From Carcharhinus longimanus (Eukaryota), in contig JASCQW010000162.1 in assembly GCA_030264375.1 (NCBI GenBank), positions 62,718,371 to 62,782,370 on the forward strand: a DNA stretch of 64,000 nucleotides, read 5' to 3'. The position numbers were made by a program, and so were the translations under genes. Below are positions 13,769-25,516 of the stretch, piece after piece. Every line of letters begins with the position of its first letter. Position 1 is the stretch's first letter. The notes under the pieces were generated by a model, which was not told the origin of the DNA, made no database searches, and worked only from the letters and a program-made list of their open reading frames with translations.

Positions 13769-13998
13769 ATTAACCATTAATACAAATGTCTCTTTCAATT
13801 CCGGTTATTTATTGACAAGGACGCCAGATAATTCTTTTTCTTGGAGATCTGACCAGCTCCACTTCCTCCTTGGATTTCTGTTCAAGTGAGCAGATTGTGG
13901 GACTTGTGGAGCAGATTTGAACATTTTTAAAACTTTTCCGGTGTGTTGGAGCTGGAAGGTCAGGGTGTGCTCATTGGTGTCCATGAGGTCATAGACCT
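13769..13998 (+). promoter_or_regulatory. AGXT proximal promoter with HNF1-like sites and an IR-1 element
   Basis: ATTAACCATTAAT 13769-13781 and GTTATTTATTGAC 13804-13816 (consensus GTTAATnATTAAC); AGGTCA-T-AGACCT 13986-13998; all within 330 bp of the ATG. Confidence 0.5.
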
Positions 13999-14096
13999 TT
14001 CCCTTCCATTGCAAACAAAAAATAGCCTCCAGAAATCATCAAAGGCCCAATTGCACAGGTGATTGCTGAGTGTGTGGCAGTGGAAGATTTTTAGCA

Positions 14097-14393
14097 ATGT
14101 CAGGGGTTGTACTTCGAAGGTCTCTCCTAGCTCATCTGACGAGCTGTAGCCTCCTGGCTCAGGGTGAACGAAGCTCTGCTTCCCTGGTGCAGTTGGGCTC
14201 CCAGTGCAAAGCTTTTAGCCGCAACATGTCAGCTTACGCCAAGCTGACGGTCCCTCCACCCCAGGCGCTCCTGAAACCTCTTGTTGTCCCCAAAAGACTA
14301 CTGCTGGGACCAGGCCCCTCCAATATCTCCTCCCGGGTCCAAGAGGCAGGGGGCAAGCAGATGATTGGACACATGCATGCTGAAATGTTTGAG
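14097..14393 (+). CDS. AGXT: AGXT exon 1: putative 43-aa mitochondrial presequence followed by the conserved N-terminus (second ATG at 14226)
   Basis: Translates MSGVVLRRSLL...FSRN-MSAYAKLTVPPPQALLKPLVVPKRLLLGPGPSN...MIGHMHAEMFE; LLLGPGPSN is the AGT hallmark; donor GAG|GTAAGC at 14394. Confidence 0.95.
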
Positions 14394-15452
14394 GTAAGCC
14401 CCTTTATTGCTATTTTTCTCTACTTCTCCATCTTTCTTTCCGAGGGGTATTTGCTCTTGAAAGCAATGCAAAGTTTAGGGTCTTTCTGAGAATGTGATGA
14501 AGTGCTGAAGGTAAGTAAATCTTTTGCAAATAGCAAGATAAGTGGGGTGTTGACATGCAGGAAATTGCAAAGGCCAACAAGTTGGGTTATTTTAAAAAAT
14601 ACATATAAATACATTGAGCTAAAGTTTGTGCAGATAAGGGTCAGAGAGATTTTCAATGGAACCTTTTTGAAAAAAGGCATTGAAAGATGTTAAAATTGTC
14701 TATCAATTCCTCAAAGGAATTTATCTTATGGGGTAGCTACAAAAGAGGCAGTAATGGTACTCTGTCCATATACTCTGCCCATATTTTAATCCATTGTCAT
14801 TGACAGCTTAGATAGCAGACAGAGGAATAACAAATAACCCTCTTTTGAGCTATCCAAGACCATTTTTTTAGTCTTTCATTGTTTCAATCCTCATTCACCT
14901 ATCTCTCCCTCATCATCATTTCAGTGGATCACACATTTACTTTTTGCCATTTAACGAGGGTGGGTGAGGGGGTATTGAGAGAGAGAGTTGGGGGAGAGAT
15001 ACATGGGGGAGAAGGTGTGGAGAGGAGGGGGTAATTTTATTAATAATTTCCACCTCTCACCACTGTCAATAAAATTACAAATTGCGTGTTTTGCTAGTTT
15101 TACTCTTCACTCGAACCAATAGAGATGAATTTTAGATGGGGTGTAAAACTAGCATTCTACCCAATCCTGTGGGTTTCCTCCCCAGGGAATTATGTTAAAA
15201 TGATAGCATCCCATTCCCCACACTCCTCCACCGCTGGTCCCCTTATTTCAATTGAAGGAAGACATTTTTCCTGTGCTTCAGTTGAAGGGTCCTGCTCAGA
15301 CATGAAAATCTGTCTTTTGTCTTCGAAATGGAGATGCTGGCATTGGACTGTGGTAGATACAGTAAGAAGTCTCACAACACCAGGTTAAAGTCCAAAAGGT
15401 TTATTTGGTAGCACAAGCTTTCAGAACACCTCTCCTTCATCGGTTGGGTCTT

Positions 15453-15579
15453 GGGCAGGATTTTACAGCCTCACTCGTCTCGAAACTATAAACTCCCACT
15501 AAAGGAAAACATACCTTCCTATGGTCCACTCCTCATCTGCTCTGATTTGCGAGGTAGGCCGGACAGTAAAATTCTGGCC
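15453..15579. mobile_element. Short Harbinger-type MITE
   Basis: TIRs GGGCAGGATTTTAC / GTAAAATTCTGGCC. Confidence 0.7.
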
Positions 15580-16361
15580 ATTGACTCTTTGTGTATTTCC
15601 ATTGTTTTTTGTTTCAATTCTGTTTTATAACTAACACAAGCTTTCTTCATTTAACATTTATACTTTGTTTCCGTGGTGCCCAGAATTATTGAAGCCTAAA
15701 GCCTAAATTCAGAGATTCATGTGATAACTTCTGAAGAACCAATTTCTTCAGACGACCATGGACAATAAGATATAGGAGCAGAATTAGGCCATTCGGCCCA
15801 TGAAATCTGTTCTGCCATTCAATGATGGCTGATACTTTTCTCATCCCTGTTCTCCTGACTTCTCCCCATAATCCTTGATCCTCTTATTGATCAAGAATCT
15901 ATTTATCTCTGTTTTAAAGACACTCAATGACCTGGCCTCCACAGCCCTTTGTGGCAATGAGTTCCACAGATTCACCACACACTAGCTGAAGAAATTCCCC
16001 CTCACCTCAGTTTTAAAGGGGTGTCCCTTCACTCTAAGATTGTGCCTTGAGTTCTAATCTCTCCCACTAATGGAAAAATCCTCTCCACATCCATTCTATC
16101 TAGATCTCTCAGTATTCTGTTAGTTTCAATTAGATCCCCCCCATCCTTCTAAACTCCATCGAGTATAGACCCAGACTTCTCAACTGCCTGTTATATGACA
16201 AACCCTTCATTCCTTCACATCCTTATGAACTGATCCTGAATACCTACGTCATTTTGGCTATTTCTCGAATGAGTCCGAAACCACTGCCACATTGTATCAA
16301 CTGCCCGCTATCCATTCTGTTGGTGACCACTGCCCCTGTAAAGAGACAGTTCTTGACAGCT

Positions 16362-16848
16362 GTCAAAACTTGCTCTTCACCACCTTGAATGAGTTTTTGA
16401 CTTTGTATAATGCAACTTTGCTGATGTTGAAATACCACTCATTTGAAAACCCTGGCCTTTATAAGCCAACAGGCACACACCTGAGTAGCCTATCTTTCAG
16501 TTGCTTATTGCGATTTAATAAAAAAATGGTTTTATCTAGTATAATAAGTACTGTTTGAAAATGTGAAGGTAAATATTTCATTTACTGGCTTCTGACTTTT
16601 TTTTATTTGTTCAGGGGATGTGGCCATCGTTGGCTGGGCTAGCATTTATTGCCCATCCCTAATTGCCCTTGGACTGAAATCAGTCAAAACTTGCTCTTCA
16701 CAATCTTGAATGAGCTTTTGATTTTGCATGGTGCTACTTTGTTGATGTTGAAATACCATTCATTTGAAAACGCTGCCTTTATAAACCAACAGACACACAC
16801 CCGAGTAACCTACCTTTCAGTTGCATATTACTATTTAATAAAAAAATG
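16362..16848. repeat. Local ~167-bp direct duplication (16362-16528 and 16683-16848)
   Basis: About 20 differences by hand count (~88% identity). Confidence 0.92.
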
Positions 16849-17888
16849 CTAGGTCATTTCAGAAGGCAGCTAAGAGTCAACCACATTGTTGTTGGTCTGG
16901 AGTCACAGGCTGGGTAAGGATGGCAGATTTCTTTCCCTAAAGAACATTAGTGAACCAGATGTGTTTTCGTAACAATTGACAATAGCTTCAAAGTCATCAT
17001 TAGATTTTTAATTCCAGATTTTACTTATTGAATTCAAATTTCACCACATGCCATGGTGAGATTCAAACTCCCTCCCCAGGATAATACCCTGGGTCTCTGG
17101 GTTATTAGTCTAGTGACAACAGCACTACACCTTACATGGAGCTTCGCTTACCTTGTTCATCTTTGAACTGGTGGTGAGATCACACCAATAAATTGCATGC
17201 ATAGTCCCCAAGGTTTTGGTGGACAGAAATTCATGGGGTGAATGCTGTTTGATGTCTAATAGACGCCACTGACCAGCAAAGTGCTTGATGTTTATGATCT
17301 TCAGAGAGTAATGTCTGCACACTGAATCCTTGCATCCCAGAGGTAGAAGCATAGATCCACCAAACATAGAAATAGCATCTGAAGAAACAGGTGCCAGCCC
17401 TCAGGCATGCCAAGAAGGCCTTCCTCCACCTCAGTCCAAGAACATATGAGGTAAGAGTAGGAGTAGACCATTTGGTCCCTCCAGCCTGCAGTGCCATCTA
17501 GTATGATCATGACTGATCTTTGGATTTAATTCAAGTATTCCTTGATTTCCTAAGAGATCAAAAGTTTCTTTAACTCTGCCTTAAACATAGTCAGCGACAG
17601 AACATACACAATCCTCTTCGATAGCAAATTTGAATGATTCAAAACCTAGGAGTGAAGAAATTTGTTCTTATCTCAGTCTTCATCCTGAATCCATGGCCCT
17701 ATATTTTAGATTCCCAAGTCTCTTAATGTCAACACTCTCAAGCTCCTTCAGAACCATTTGTGTTTCAATATGTTCCAAACTCCTGGGAGTATAGGCCCAA
17801 TTTACCCAGCATTTCATCGTAGACAACCATCTTATTGAGGCACCAATCTTGCGAACCTTTGTTGTATTGCCTCCAGTGCAAATATATT

Positions 17889-18472
17889 GGGGGAAATTTT
17901 CTGAGCCCACAGCGGGGCCGGGAGACTCAAGCGTAGGCTGTGTAGCAGACTTCTGCTGGATGCCACAGCCTCCATGCGTCTCTGGTCATGGGATTTCCAG
18001 TGCTGCCAGCTCTGTACCAGAAATTGGGGTGGGCCGAATAAATTATGTAAATGATTATTAGCATATGATTAGCTGGCCAGAACTGAAGTATCTGGGCCCG
18101 CTAACCTCTCACCGCCACCAGGAGTCTTTAACATCAGGGAGGCCAGCGACCAGGGGGTGGAGGGGGGGGTCACACACAATGCGAAGGTCACAGGGCTGGC
18201 CAGCGATAGCAAGGCCAGCAGTGCGGAGCTACTGAGCATGTGCTGATCTCAGTGCTGACAGATCAGCGCATGCGCAATGGCCCTTTCAGCGTTATGCTGC
18301 CGGCCTCTCCAGCAGGAATTGGCCCTGCCCACTGATTTTTAATTAGATTCATGCTAGTGCACTCTGTAGTGCACAGAGTGTGGGAGATTCATTTTGAAAC
18401 TCCCGCTGAAAAATCAATGGGATTTACTCCAGTTTTTACGCAAATTCGACATTTTTTTGGGAGAATCCCACC
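17889..18472 (+). mobile_element. Harbinger-type MITE family A, inserted in CR1
   Basis: Ends GGGGGAAATTTTC ... GAGAATCCCACC; internal homology to 55199-56066 and, inverted, to 37772-38481. Confidence 0.75.
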
Positions 18473-18665
18473 TGTCCTTCTTTAAATATGGAAATCAGAA
18501 CTGCATAGAGTGCTCTAAGTGTGGCTTCATCAAAACCCTGTAGGAAGGTTTCCTTATTCTTGTACTCTTGTAAAGGGCAATATGCATTTGCCTTCCTAAT
18601 TGCTTGTTATCCCTTCACACCAATTTTCTGAGTTCCTTTCACAAGCACACCTGTATTTCTCTGAA

Positions 18666-18899
18666 TTTTAAATTTTTTTTACTCCATTCTTAAAGTTACA
18701 AAGCCAATGCTTCGAGTGGATTGGGCAGATCTAAATCTATTGCTTGTTTGCTCCAAAAACCAAATTCAAAGTCCAATTGAATCCAATTCGTGATCCCCAC
18801 AAGAGACACATACAAGATCCAAGCTGACAGAATAAGGCATTGCACCCCATCTTGGGCATGATCTGACACTTCATTTTAGCTAAAAGGCCTAGAAGCAAT
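18666..18899 (-). mobile_element. U2 snRNA-headed retroposon (SINEU/Keno-like chimera)
   Basis: The minus strand starts ATTGCTTCTAGGCCTTTTAGCTAAAATGAAGTGT (29/34 to U2 nt 1-34), continues through a ~185-nt body and ends in an A-rich tail; TTCTCTGAA duplication at 18657-18665 and 18900-18908. Confidence 0.8.
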
Positions 18900-19319
18900 T
18901 TCTCTGAACATCAACAATTACATTTCATACCTTTTAAAAATGCTTGTGCTTTTCACTTGCATAATTTATTCACCCCCACCCCAATTTCTGGTGCAGAGCT
19001 GGTGGCACTGGAAATCCTGCGACCAGAGATGCACGATTGCTGTGGCATCCCCAGCGGGAAGCCCATGTTATGTAACCAGATTTTTGTACAACTGATTCTA
19101 AATAAGTCTCTCCTGAACTAGGTCTATTACTTATATCTGTGGTTGTTCATTCCAGGAACGCCAAAACTCCACTTTTCTTTCCAACAGTACTTGAGACTTT
19201 TCTATGTTTTTAGATTTTCCAAATTTCCAGTTTACTTTTGGCCTTAAGTATAGTTTAACTGGTTTATGAACTATTTCTGAAGCTCCTGTTGAATGTCTCA
19301 CTATTTTCTTTTGGTGCAG

Positions 19320-19512
19320 ATTATGAACGAGATAAGGGCTGGGATACAGTATGCCTTTCAAACCACTAACAACATGACTCTGGCAATCAGTGGCTCAGGG
19401 CACGCCGCTATGGAAGCAGCCTTAATTAATGTGGTGGAGCCAGGAGAAGTGGTACTAATCGGAATTCATGGTGTGTGGGGTGAAAGAGCAGCAGACATCA
19501 CTGAGAGGATTG
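19320..19512 (+). CDS. AGXT: AGXT exon 2 (193 nt)
   Basis: TGCAG|ATT; [65 protein letters not shown]; donor GTATGA; same length as human exon 2. Confidence 0.97.
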
Positions 19513-20297
19513 GTATGAGTTTTATGTCTTCCTTCCTTGTTAAATGATGTGTAATGTGGGCATCAGAATTCAACTTTCCTCTCTATTTTAAGAAATAAGT
19601 ACTCCCATTGCTGTACCAGTGCAACAGAGTGCTATGGGGTGGACATGTGAAGGCTGAGCAGGACTGGTGGAAGACCCCAAGATTGGTTGTCAGGGGGTGA
19701 TCAGTGTAATAGTTACCCAGAATTTAAAAGTGGTTTTAATTCTTCTAACCTTTTCTGGGTAACTATTGGTGTGTCACAGTTGGAGCCATTCAAAGTTTGG
19801 AACTTAAGTCACATTTCAGGATGGTTTCCAGTACAGGGCAATTGCCCAGAGGGTGTTTGCAGTTGGGACAATTGCTGTGCAAACATTATCGGGGAACCAC
19901 TGTGGCAAAAGTGGGTGGGTCCTCTTGCGCATTTTTAGGGATATCTCCCCATTTATATTGTGCTGGAGCTTGGAGATTACGGTCCCATGTGTTTCCCTCT
20001 CCCTCTTTCTGTAAGAATCCTTTCCTTCATTATCATCTGTCTCATGTCTCTCTACCTGCTGTTTAGCTCACATACTAGCTGATAGTTTCTCCCTTTCTGT
20101 ACATCGCACATTTCTACAGTAAAGAGATGACTCTCCACTTTTGCTAGGCTCAATATAGCTGTAAGATTCAGCAAGGAGTCCCAGCTTGGCAGCTTCTGTG
20201 ATCTGTACCGGTGGGAAAGAAACTGAGGCCAAGGATGGAAAGGATTATGGATTTGGTGTCAGTGTAATGTTCCGGCAAGCCAAATGACGTAGAAGAC

Positions 20298-20632
20298 AGA
20301 ATCCCTACAATGCAGAAGAAGGCTTTCAGCCCATTGATTCTGCACTGACTCTCCTACGGAGTACCTTACCCAACCCTATACCTGTAACTCCGCACATTTA
20401 CCCCTTTAATCACCCTGACCTACACACCTTGAGACACTAAGGGGAAATTTAGCATGGCCAGTCCACCGAACCTGCACATCTTCGGACTTGGGAGGCAACT
20501 GGAACACCCAGAGGAAACCCACATAGATACGCAGAGAACATACAAACTCTACCCAGCCAGTCAGCAAGGCCAAAGTTGAACCTGAGTCCCAGCTGCTGTG
20601 AGGAGCAGTGCTAGCCACAATGTCACCGTACC
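20298..20632 (-). mobile_element. HE1/V-type SINE
   Basis: Full-length reverse-complement match to 12149-12472. Confidence 0.88.
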
Positions 20633-21128
20633 ACAAGAGCAAGAGGGTGGGCTTGTGTTAGGAGGAAGTAGGCAAAACAAATGCCTGAGGTGTTCTGTCC
20701 ATAAAGACTTTCGAATTTTGTAAAACTATTTCCATAGTGCTGGATTGAACAACAGCGAGAGTCCTGGTAGTGGCCTGGAAGATAGCAGACACAGGTAGTC
20801 TAGTGTTAGAAGACTAGGGATGGGAGAGAAATGAGGAGGTTGTAAATTGGGGTGCGGACTGAGTGGGCGAGTGGCCTGGGACTGCTGCTGTCAAGGGGTG
20901 TGAGAAACAAGGAGGTGGTTACAGCTTCAGACCTGGGGCAAACAAGGAAGACTTCATTTGAAACTTGGAATTATTCACATTACTGAAACAGAAATAACAT
21001 AATGGTGACAGCATGTAAACACTCACATTTTACCTACTTTTTTCATTGGGTGTTCATACCTTAAAAGTAAGCTGGCTTAGCCCAGACTTCCCGCCCTCTG
21101 ATTCGCAATCATTGCTAAGTCACTCTTA

Positions 21129-21253
21129 GGCCTTGATTTTACTGGCACAGCCACCCCAAAATCGGGGCGGGTGAGGCTTGCAGAACGGCATTCTCCCTTG
21201 GTCTCAGGTGCGACACTATGAGCCTTGGGTGGCCGTGCCGGTAGAATCAGGCC
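21129..21253. mobile_element. 125-bp Tourist/Harbinger MITE with TTA TSD
   Basis: ~28-bp TIRs GGCCTTGATTTTACTGGCACAGCCACCC / GGGTGGCCGTGCCGGTAGAATCAGGCC; TTA on both sides. Confidence 0.85.
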
Positions 21254-21948
21254 TTAGACTCTGACACATCCCTCAGAAGTACTTCTCAGGTTAGAAGATC
21301 TTGCATTATGAATTTGTTGACAACTGGCTAGGCCCCAAGCTCTAGAATTTTGACCACTTCGCCAGGAATTGAAGATCAATTTCCAGCACACTGCTGTGTG
21401 CAACCCCAGAGAAAAATCACTGAAACATTAAAAAATAATTTAAAAACAATTTTCTTTAAACATTTCTATTTATGAGGTATAAAGTAATGAAAATGAGACA
21501 ATAAAGTCTGTTTGACTGACAGGCAAGCATCATCTGAGCATCATGAGTTGTTTTGCTTTCCAATTGCCATAGGAAGGTAGTGCACTACAAGGATGGGTGT
21601 GTTGTCCAATGAATGGCTGTAGCATGGGAGAAAGTCATGTGATGAAACCTCCAGGCATACATTTCATCACAGTTTGCAAACCTAACTTGCCTCTCTCCAT
21701 CTCTGATGCCTTAAGTTGCTCCTTAAGGCCTTGTTCCTGATCACCTGCCGTAATATCTTCTTGTAAAACTTGGTGTTAGACTTGGTTTGATAGCATTCCT
21801 GTTAAACACTTTGGTACACTTAGCTATGCTAAGGTGCTATATAAATACACAGACATTCTCTCTTGTTCTTCCTGCTCCTTTCCCTCTTCCAGCACTGGCT
21901 TAAAAACTCTTAAATTTCAACCTTTCTTTGATGAAAGGTTGTCAACTT

Positions 21949-22088
21949 GGGTCAGATTTTCCAGCCCTTCCCACTGGCGGGATCCTCTGTACCGCTGAAG
22001 GTGACATTTCGCAGTGGGTTTCCTGGCGGCAGGACGGACAAGACACACAATACACCGTAGACATCGGCAGGATTGGAGAATCCGGCCC
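21949..22088. mobile_element. Short Harbinger-type MITE (related pieces ~36930-37088 and ~57258-57385)
   Basis: TIRs GGGTCAGATTTTCCA / TGGAGAATCCGGCCC. Confidence 0.72.
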
Positions 22089-22428
22089 TCTGTTTCTCTC
22101 CATAGTTGCTGCCTGGCCTGCTGAGTACTTCTAGCACTTTCTGCTTTTATTACCGATTATTGTAACTATGCCATGGCATAGATCCCACTCATCACAACCT
22201 TATTGGCCATGTTATTAGCTGAACAAACCCACAGTTTAGCCAAAGTGGACTTGTGCATGTAAGTATAATTGAAATCAGATGGTGAATAAGTAAGATATTC
22301 AGCTTTCGAAATCTTGTGATTTTTATTTGCTTGACAGCAGCCAGAACATTGTATCACCATTATGTCACTCTGGCACAAGGCTCTACATACGCTACATACT
22401 CACTTTACCCTTTCACTTTACATTTAAG

Positions 22429-22493
22429 GCGGCGATGTCAGGAGATTTGTAAAACCACCCGGGGAAAATTTCACCTTGCAAGAAGTTGAGCAG
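22429..22493 (+). CDS. AGXT: AGXT exon 3 (65 nt)
   Basis: TTTAAG|GC; (G)GDVRRFVKPPGENFTLQEVEQ; donor GTTTGT; phase compatible with exons 2 and 4. Confidence 0.93.
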
Positions 22494-22566
22494 GTTTGTA
22501 TCTGTGTGCCTGCCTGTGCGCAGTACACAAGTGTATTTGTGTGTGTTACTGTCTGAATGCATGTGC

Positions 22567-22601
<35 letters not shown>

Positions 22602-23409
22602 AGTTTGCGCTTCTTTTCCCTCCCTTGCAAGTGTAAGTGGAAATTTTGTGATAGTTATGCAGACACAGTGGTGCAGACTGACTATTGAGTCTCTTAAATC
22701 ATTGAGACTGTCGTTTTTTAAGGTTCACCACCTTGAGAGGATCTCCATTAGTTCCCTGACTGACTGAACAGTCAGTTCAGTGGGTTTGGATAGGCATGCT
22801 ACAGTGCCACCCACTGGTCAATACATGAGTATGCCCAGACTGAAAGAACTGGCTCCCTCCCTCACCTTACATTATGGCCTTAACTTGAAATTTCTGGATC
22901 ATCAAAGTGTTTGTATTCTGATGTGATCTATCAGCCCCTTTCCTAGGGATTCAACAATGCTGACATGAGGGTTTGCAACTGAGGGTTAGCTGCTCAAATG
23001 ATGGACAAGAACAGCAGTTGAGTTTACCTGAAATCAACTGTATAACACTGAGCTCATGACTGCTCGACTCGTACTGAAACTTGGATGATCTTTCACTCAT
23101 CAGAGCTGAGGTAACCCATTCCACTACCCTCAAACATTGATCCATAAGTAGAGAGCTTTCCCCTCTTTAGCCCCAAACATCACTGATGTTTTGTTGCCAT
23201 TGCTCACATGGTTAGGGAATGACTCGAGTTCCATTGACAGGGAAATTAATATAATAACCACTTAAGAGTACAGGGAAATGATTTGTGATGTTAGCAGGAT
23301 GAACGATGAATGGGTAGAAGTGAGACTGAGAAGGAAGGATCCAATTACCTCACGGTTAATGTGACCTCCCATGGCAGATGCCAAGTAAAGGATTTGCTTT
23401 GCTTCACAG

Positions 23410-23510
23410 GCTCTGATGCAGCATAAACCCGTTCTGTTTTTCATCACACATGGGGAATCCTCCTCGGGTGTGGTTCAGGAAATGGACGGGATAGGACCTC
23501 TCTGTCACAA
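23410..23510 (+). CDS. AGXT: AGXT exon 4 (101 nt)
   Basis: CACAG|GCT; [33 protein letters not shown](K); donor GTGAGT. Confidence 0.97.
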
Positions 23511-25445
23511 GTGAGTATGTGCAATTACTCAATGCTGGCTCAACTCTGTCACCAGAGCTCTACAATCTTCAACTTTTGTTGCCCCCAGTTTCCCTGCTAT
23601 TGATTAAAAATACTACAAGACTGCCGGCATTTTCTGAAAGTAAATCCCACCTGTTGTCTTCTTGTCCCTGCAGTAACTGCTCCATTCATCCCCTCTCCAA
23701 AGGGGATTCCCCCTCTATATTATGCATCAACACTGCTTAAAGTTATCAAAGCTGCTGTTAGCTCCACACCTTGGATATTTCAGCCTAACCTATAGAACAT
23801 ATAGATAAATGTCAGTATAGCTAAATGACATTTATACCTCAAGAGCAAGTTTGGCATTGCTTTGGGATTTGTTGCCTTTATATTGTTCAAGGTTATCTAA
23901 TTTACTCTCAAATTTAGTTGATGGCTCATCTTTCATTTGTTGTTAATTCAGAGGTTCCAAAGGATTTGCTGTCTTTCTTCCACTCTGTTGCTTCTGTTGA
24001 TCAAAGGTCTGTTAAAGGTGTCACCCACCACCAGCTACACATTTGCTCTTAATCCCCCTTGTTAAGAACCCAGCTAGGGTAAGCGACATTCCAGAAGGGA
24101 CACTTGGAATGCTGGTTCCAAACTGTATTTTTTGCTATTTGTATAATGTAAGGAAACATGTGAACACCAAGGAAGAGTGTTCCAGTCTTGTTGTAATAAT
24201 CAAACAAATAAATGTTTATTAAACAGTAAAACATACAAGGAAGGTAACTATAAATATACACTTAACTACATTAAAAGCTATACACAATACATTTAAATTG
24301 ACCCAGTTCCAAATCTGTCTATGTTCCTAATGTCAATGCTAAACCTACGCAAACAACATCCCATAATTATTTAAACTTTAAACAAAATCCAGTAATAGTT
24401 ACCACAGTCAGTACCTGCATCTCTTGTTGGGTTGCTTCTGGCTTAAAATAGAGACAAAGTGGCTGTTCAAACACTGTTTCTCCAGGCACTTGCTGGTTTG
24501 GGAGTGAACACAGCTTCTTGCTGTGTGACTGTGACCTTGAACCAGATCTCTGTACAGGATGAACTCTGCCATTGATGTACTGCTTTTTCCTTTTGATCTT
24601 TTCTTATCTGAATTATCTGTTTTAGGGGATCCTCTTAATGACATTTCTTACTCTTTTAGAAAGTAAATGCAAAATTTACCCTCATCTTCACTTCTGAACT
24701 TTTACCATTTTTGCTTTAACTCCTGAAATTCTATGCCCTATTATTATCCACTTTTCTTAGGTAAATATCTGTTTACAATGTTGCAATAACCTTACCCCTC
24801 TGCCCTCATTGATCCACCCATTCAGACCCCAACTTACCTGACTCTGAGGATGGTCTGGTCCCATGGCATCCTCTTGTTCCATATACAGTCCTCGGAGTCA
24901 CTGCCACTCCCAGTGGCACTGCTGAACTGCAGACCCTCTGATTGGCTGGCAGCTCTTGGGTACCAGCATCTATCCGTTAAATGTTGCCCACAGCTTTCAG
25001 GGCCCATCATTGGGACCCCCACCACGCCATGTAAATTTTGGTCATACTGTGAAATTGAAGTAACTTGGAGACCAGGCTGAGTAGGGACCTAAAAAACTAT
25101 CTGGGACAAGAATGCAGTTGCTTCTATGCCCAATATCACCCTATAAATACCTGGAATGGTTGAATTTATTATGGTGGGACTTAAACTCAGTCTCTGAGCT
25201 TTTAGTCCAGTAACATGACTACTCAACACCATGCTCAATTTGTATGGGAAATAATGCTAAGTGATGCTATAGTAAATGATGCTCAGAGATGACGAATAGA
25301 AGAATGCCACAACATAAAAATATCATTCAACCCTCTCTGATTCTTCAGGAATTCCACCACTCCTATCCCCTTTCCTATAATGTATTTATTAACTGGTCTG
25401 ATGGTGCTTTCTATGCATCTCTTATATTGGTCCACTTGTTTCTAG

Positions 25446-25516
25446 GCATAACTGTTTGCTGCTGGTCGATTCTGTTGCCTCTCTGGGAGGGGCCCCTCTG
25501 TATATGGATAAGCAGG
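25446..25516 (+). CDS. AGXT: AGXT exon 5 (71 nt)
   Basis: TCTAG|G; [23 protein letters not shown], containing the PLP-binding Asp; donor GTATGT. Confidence 0.97.

Larger units (their letters stand above)
17440..18930 (-). mobile_element. CR1 LINE 3' fragment hosting a MITE and the U2-headed element
   Basis: CR1 tail AAGAACAT...GGAGTAGACCAT; CR1 sequence resumes collinearly after each insert. Confidence 0.75.

Noticed and set aside
23090-23104. CTGATGA...GAAA hammerhead-like strings (here and ~25715-25732, ~55307-55323)
   Set aside because: No proper stem II or flanking helices.
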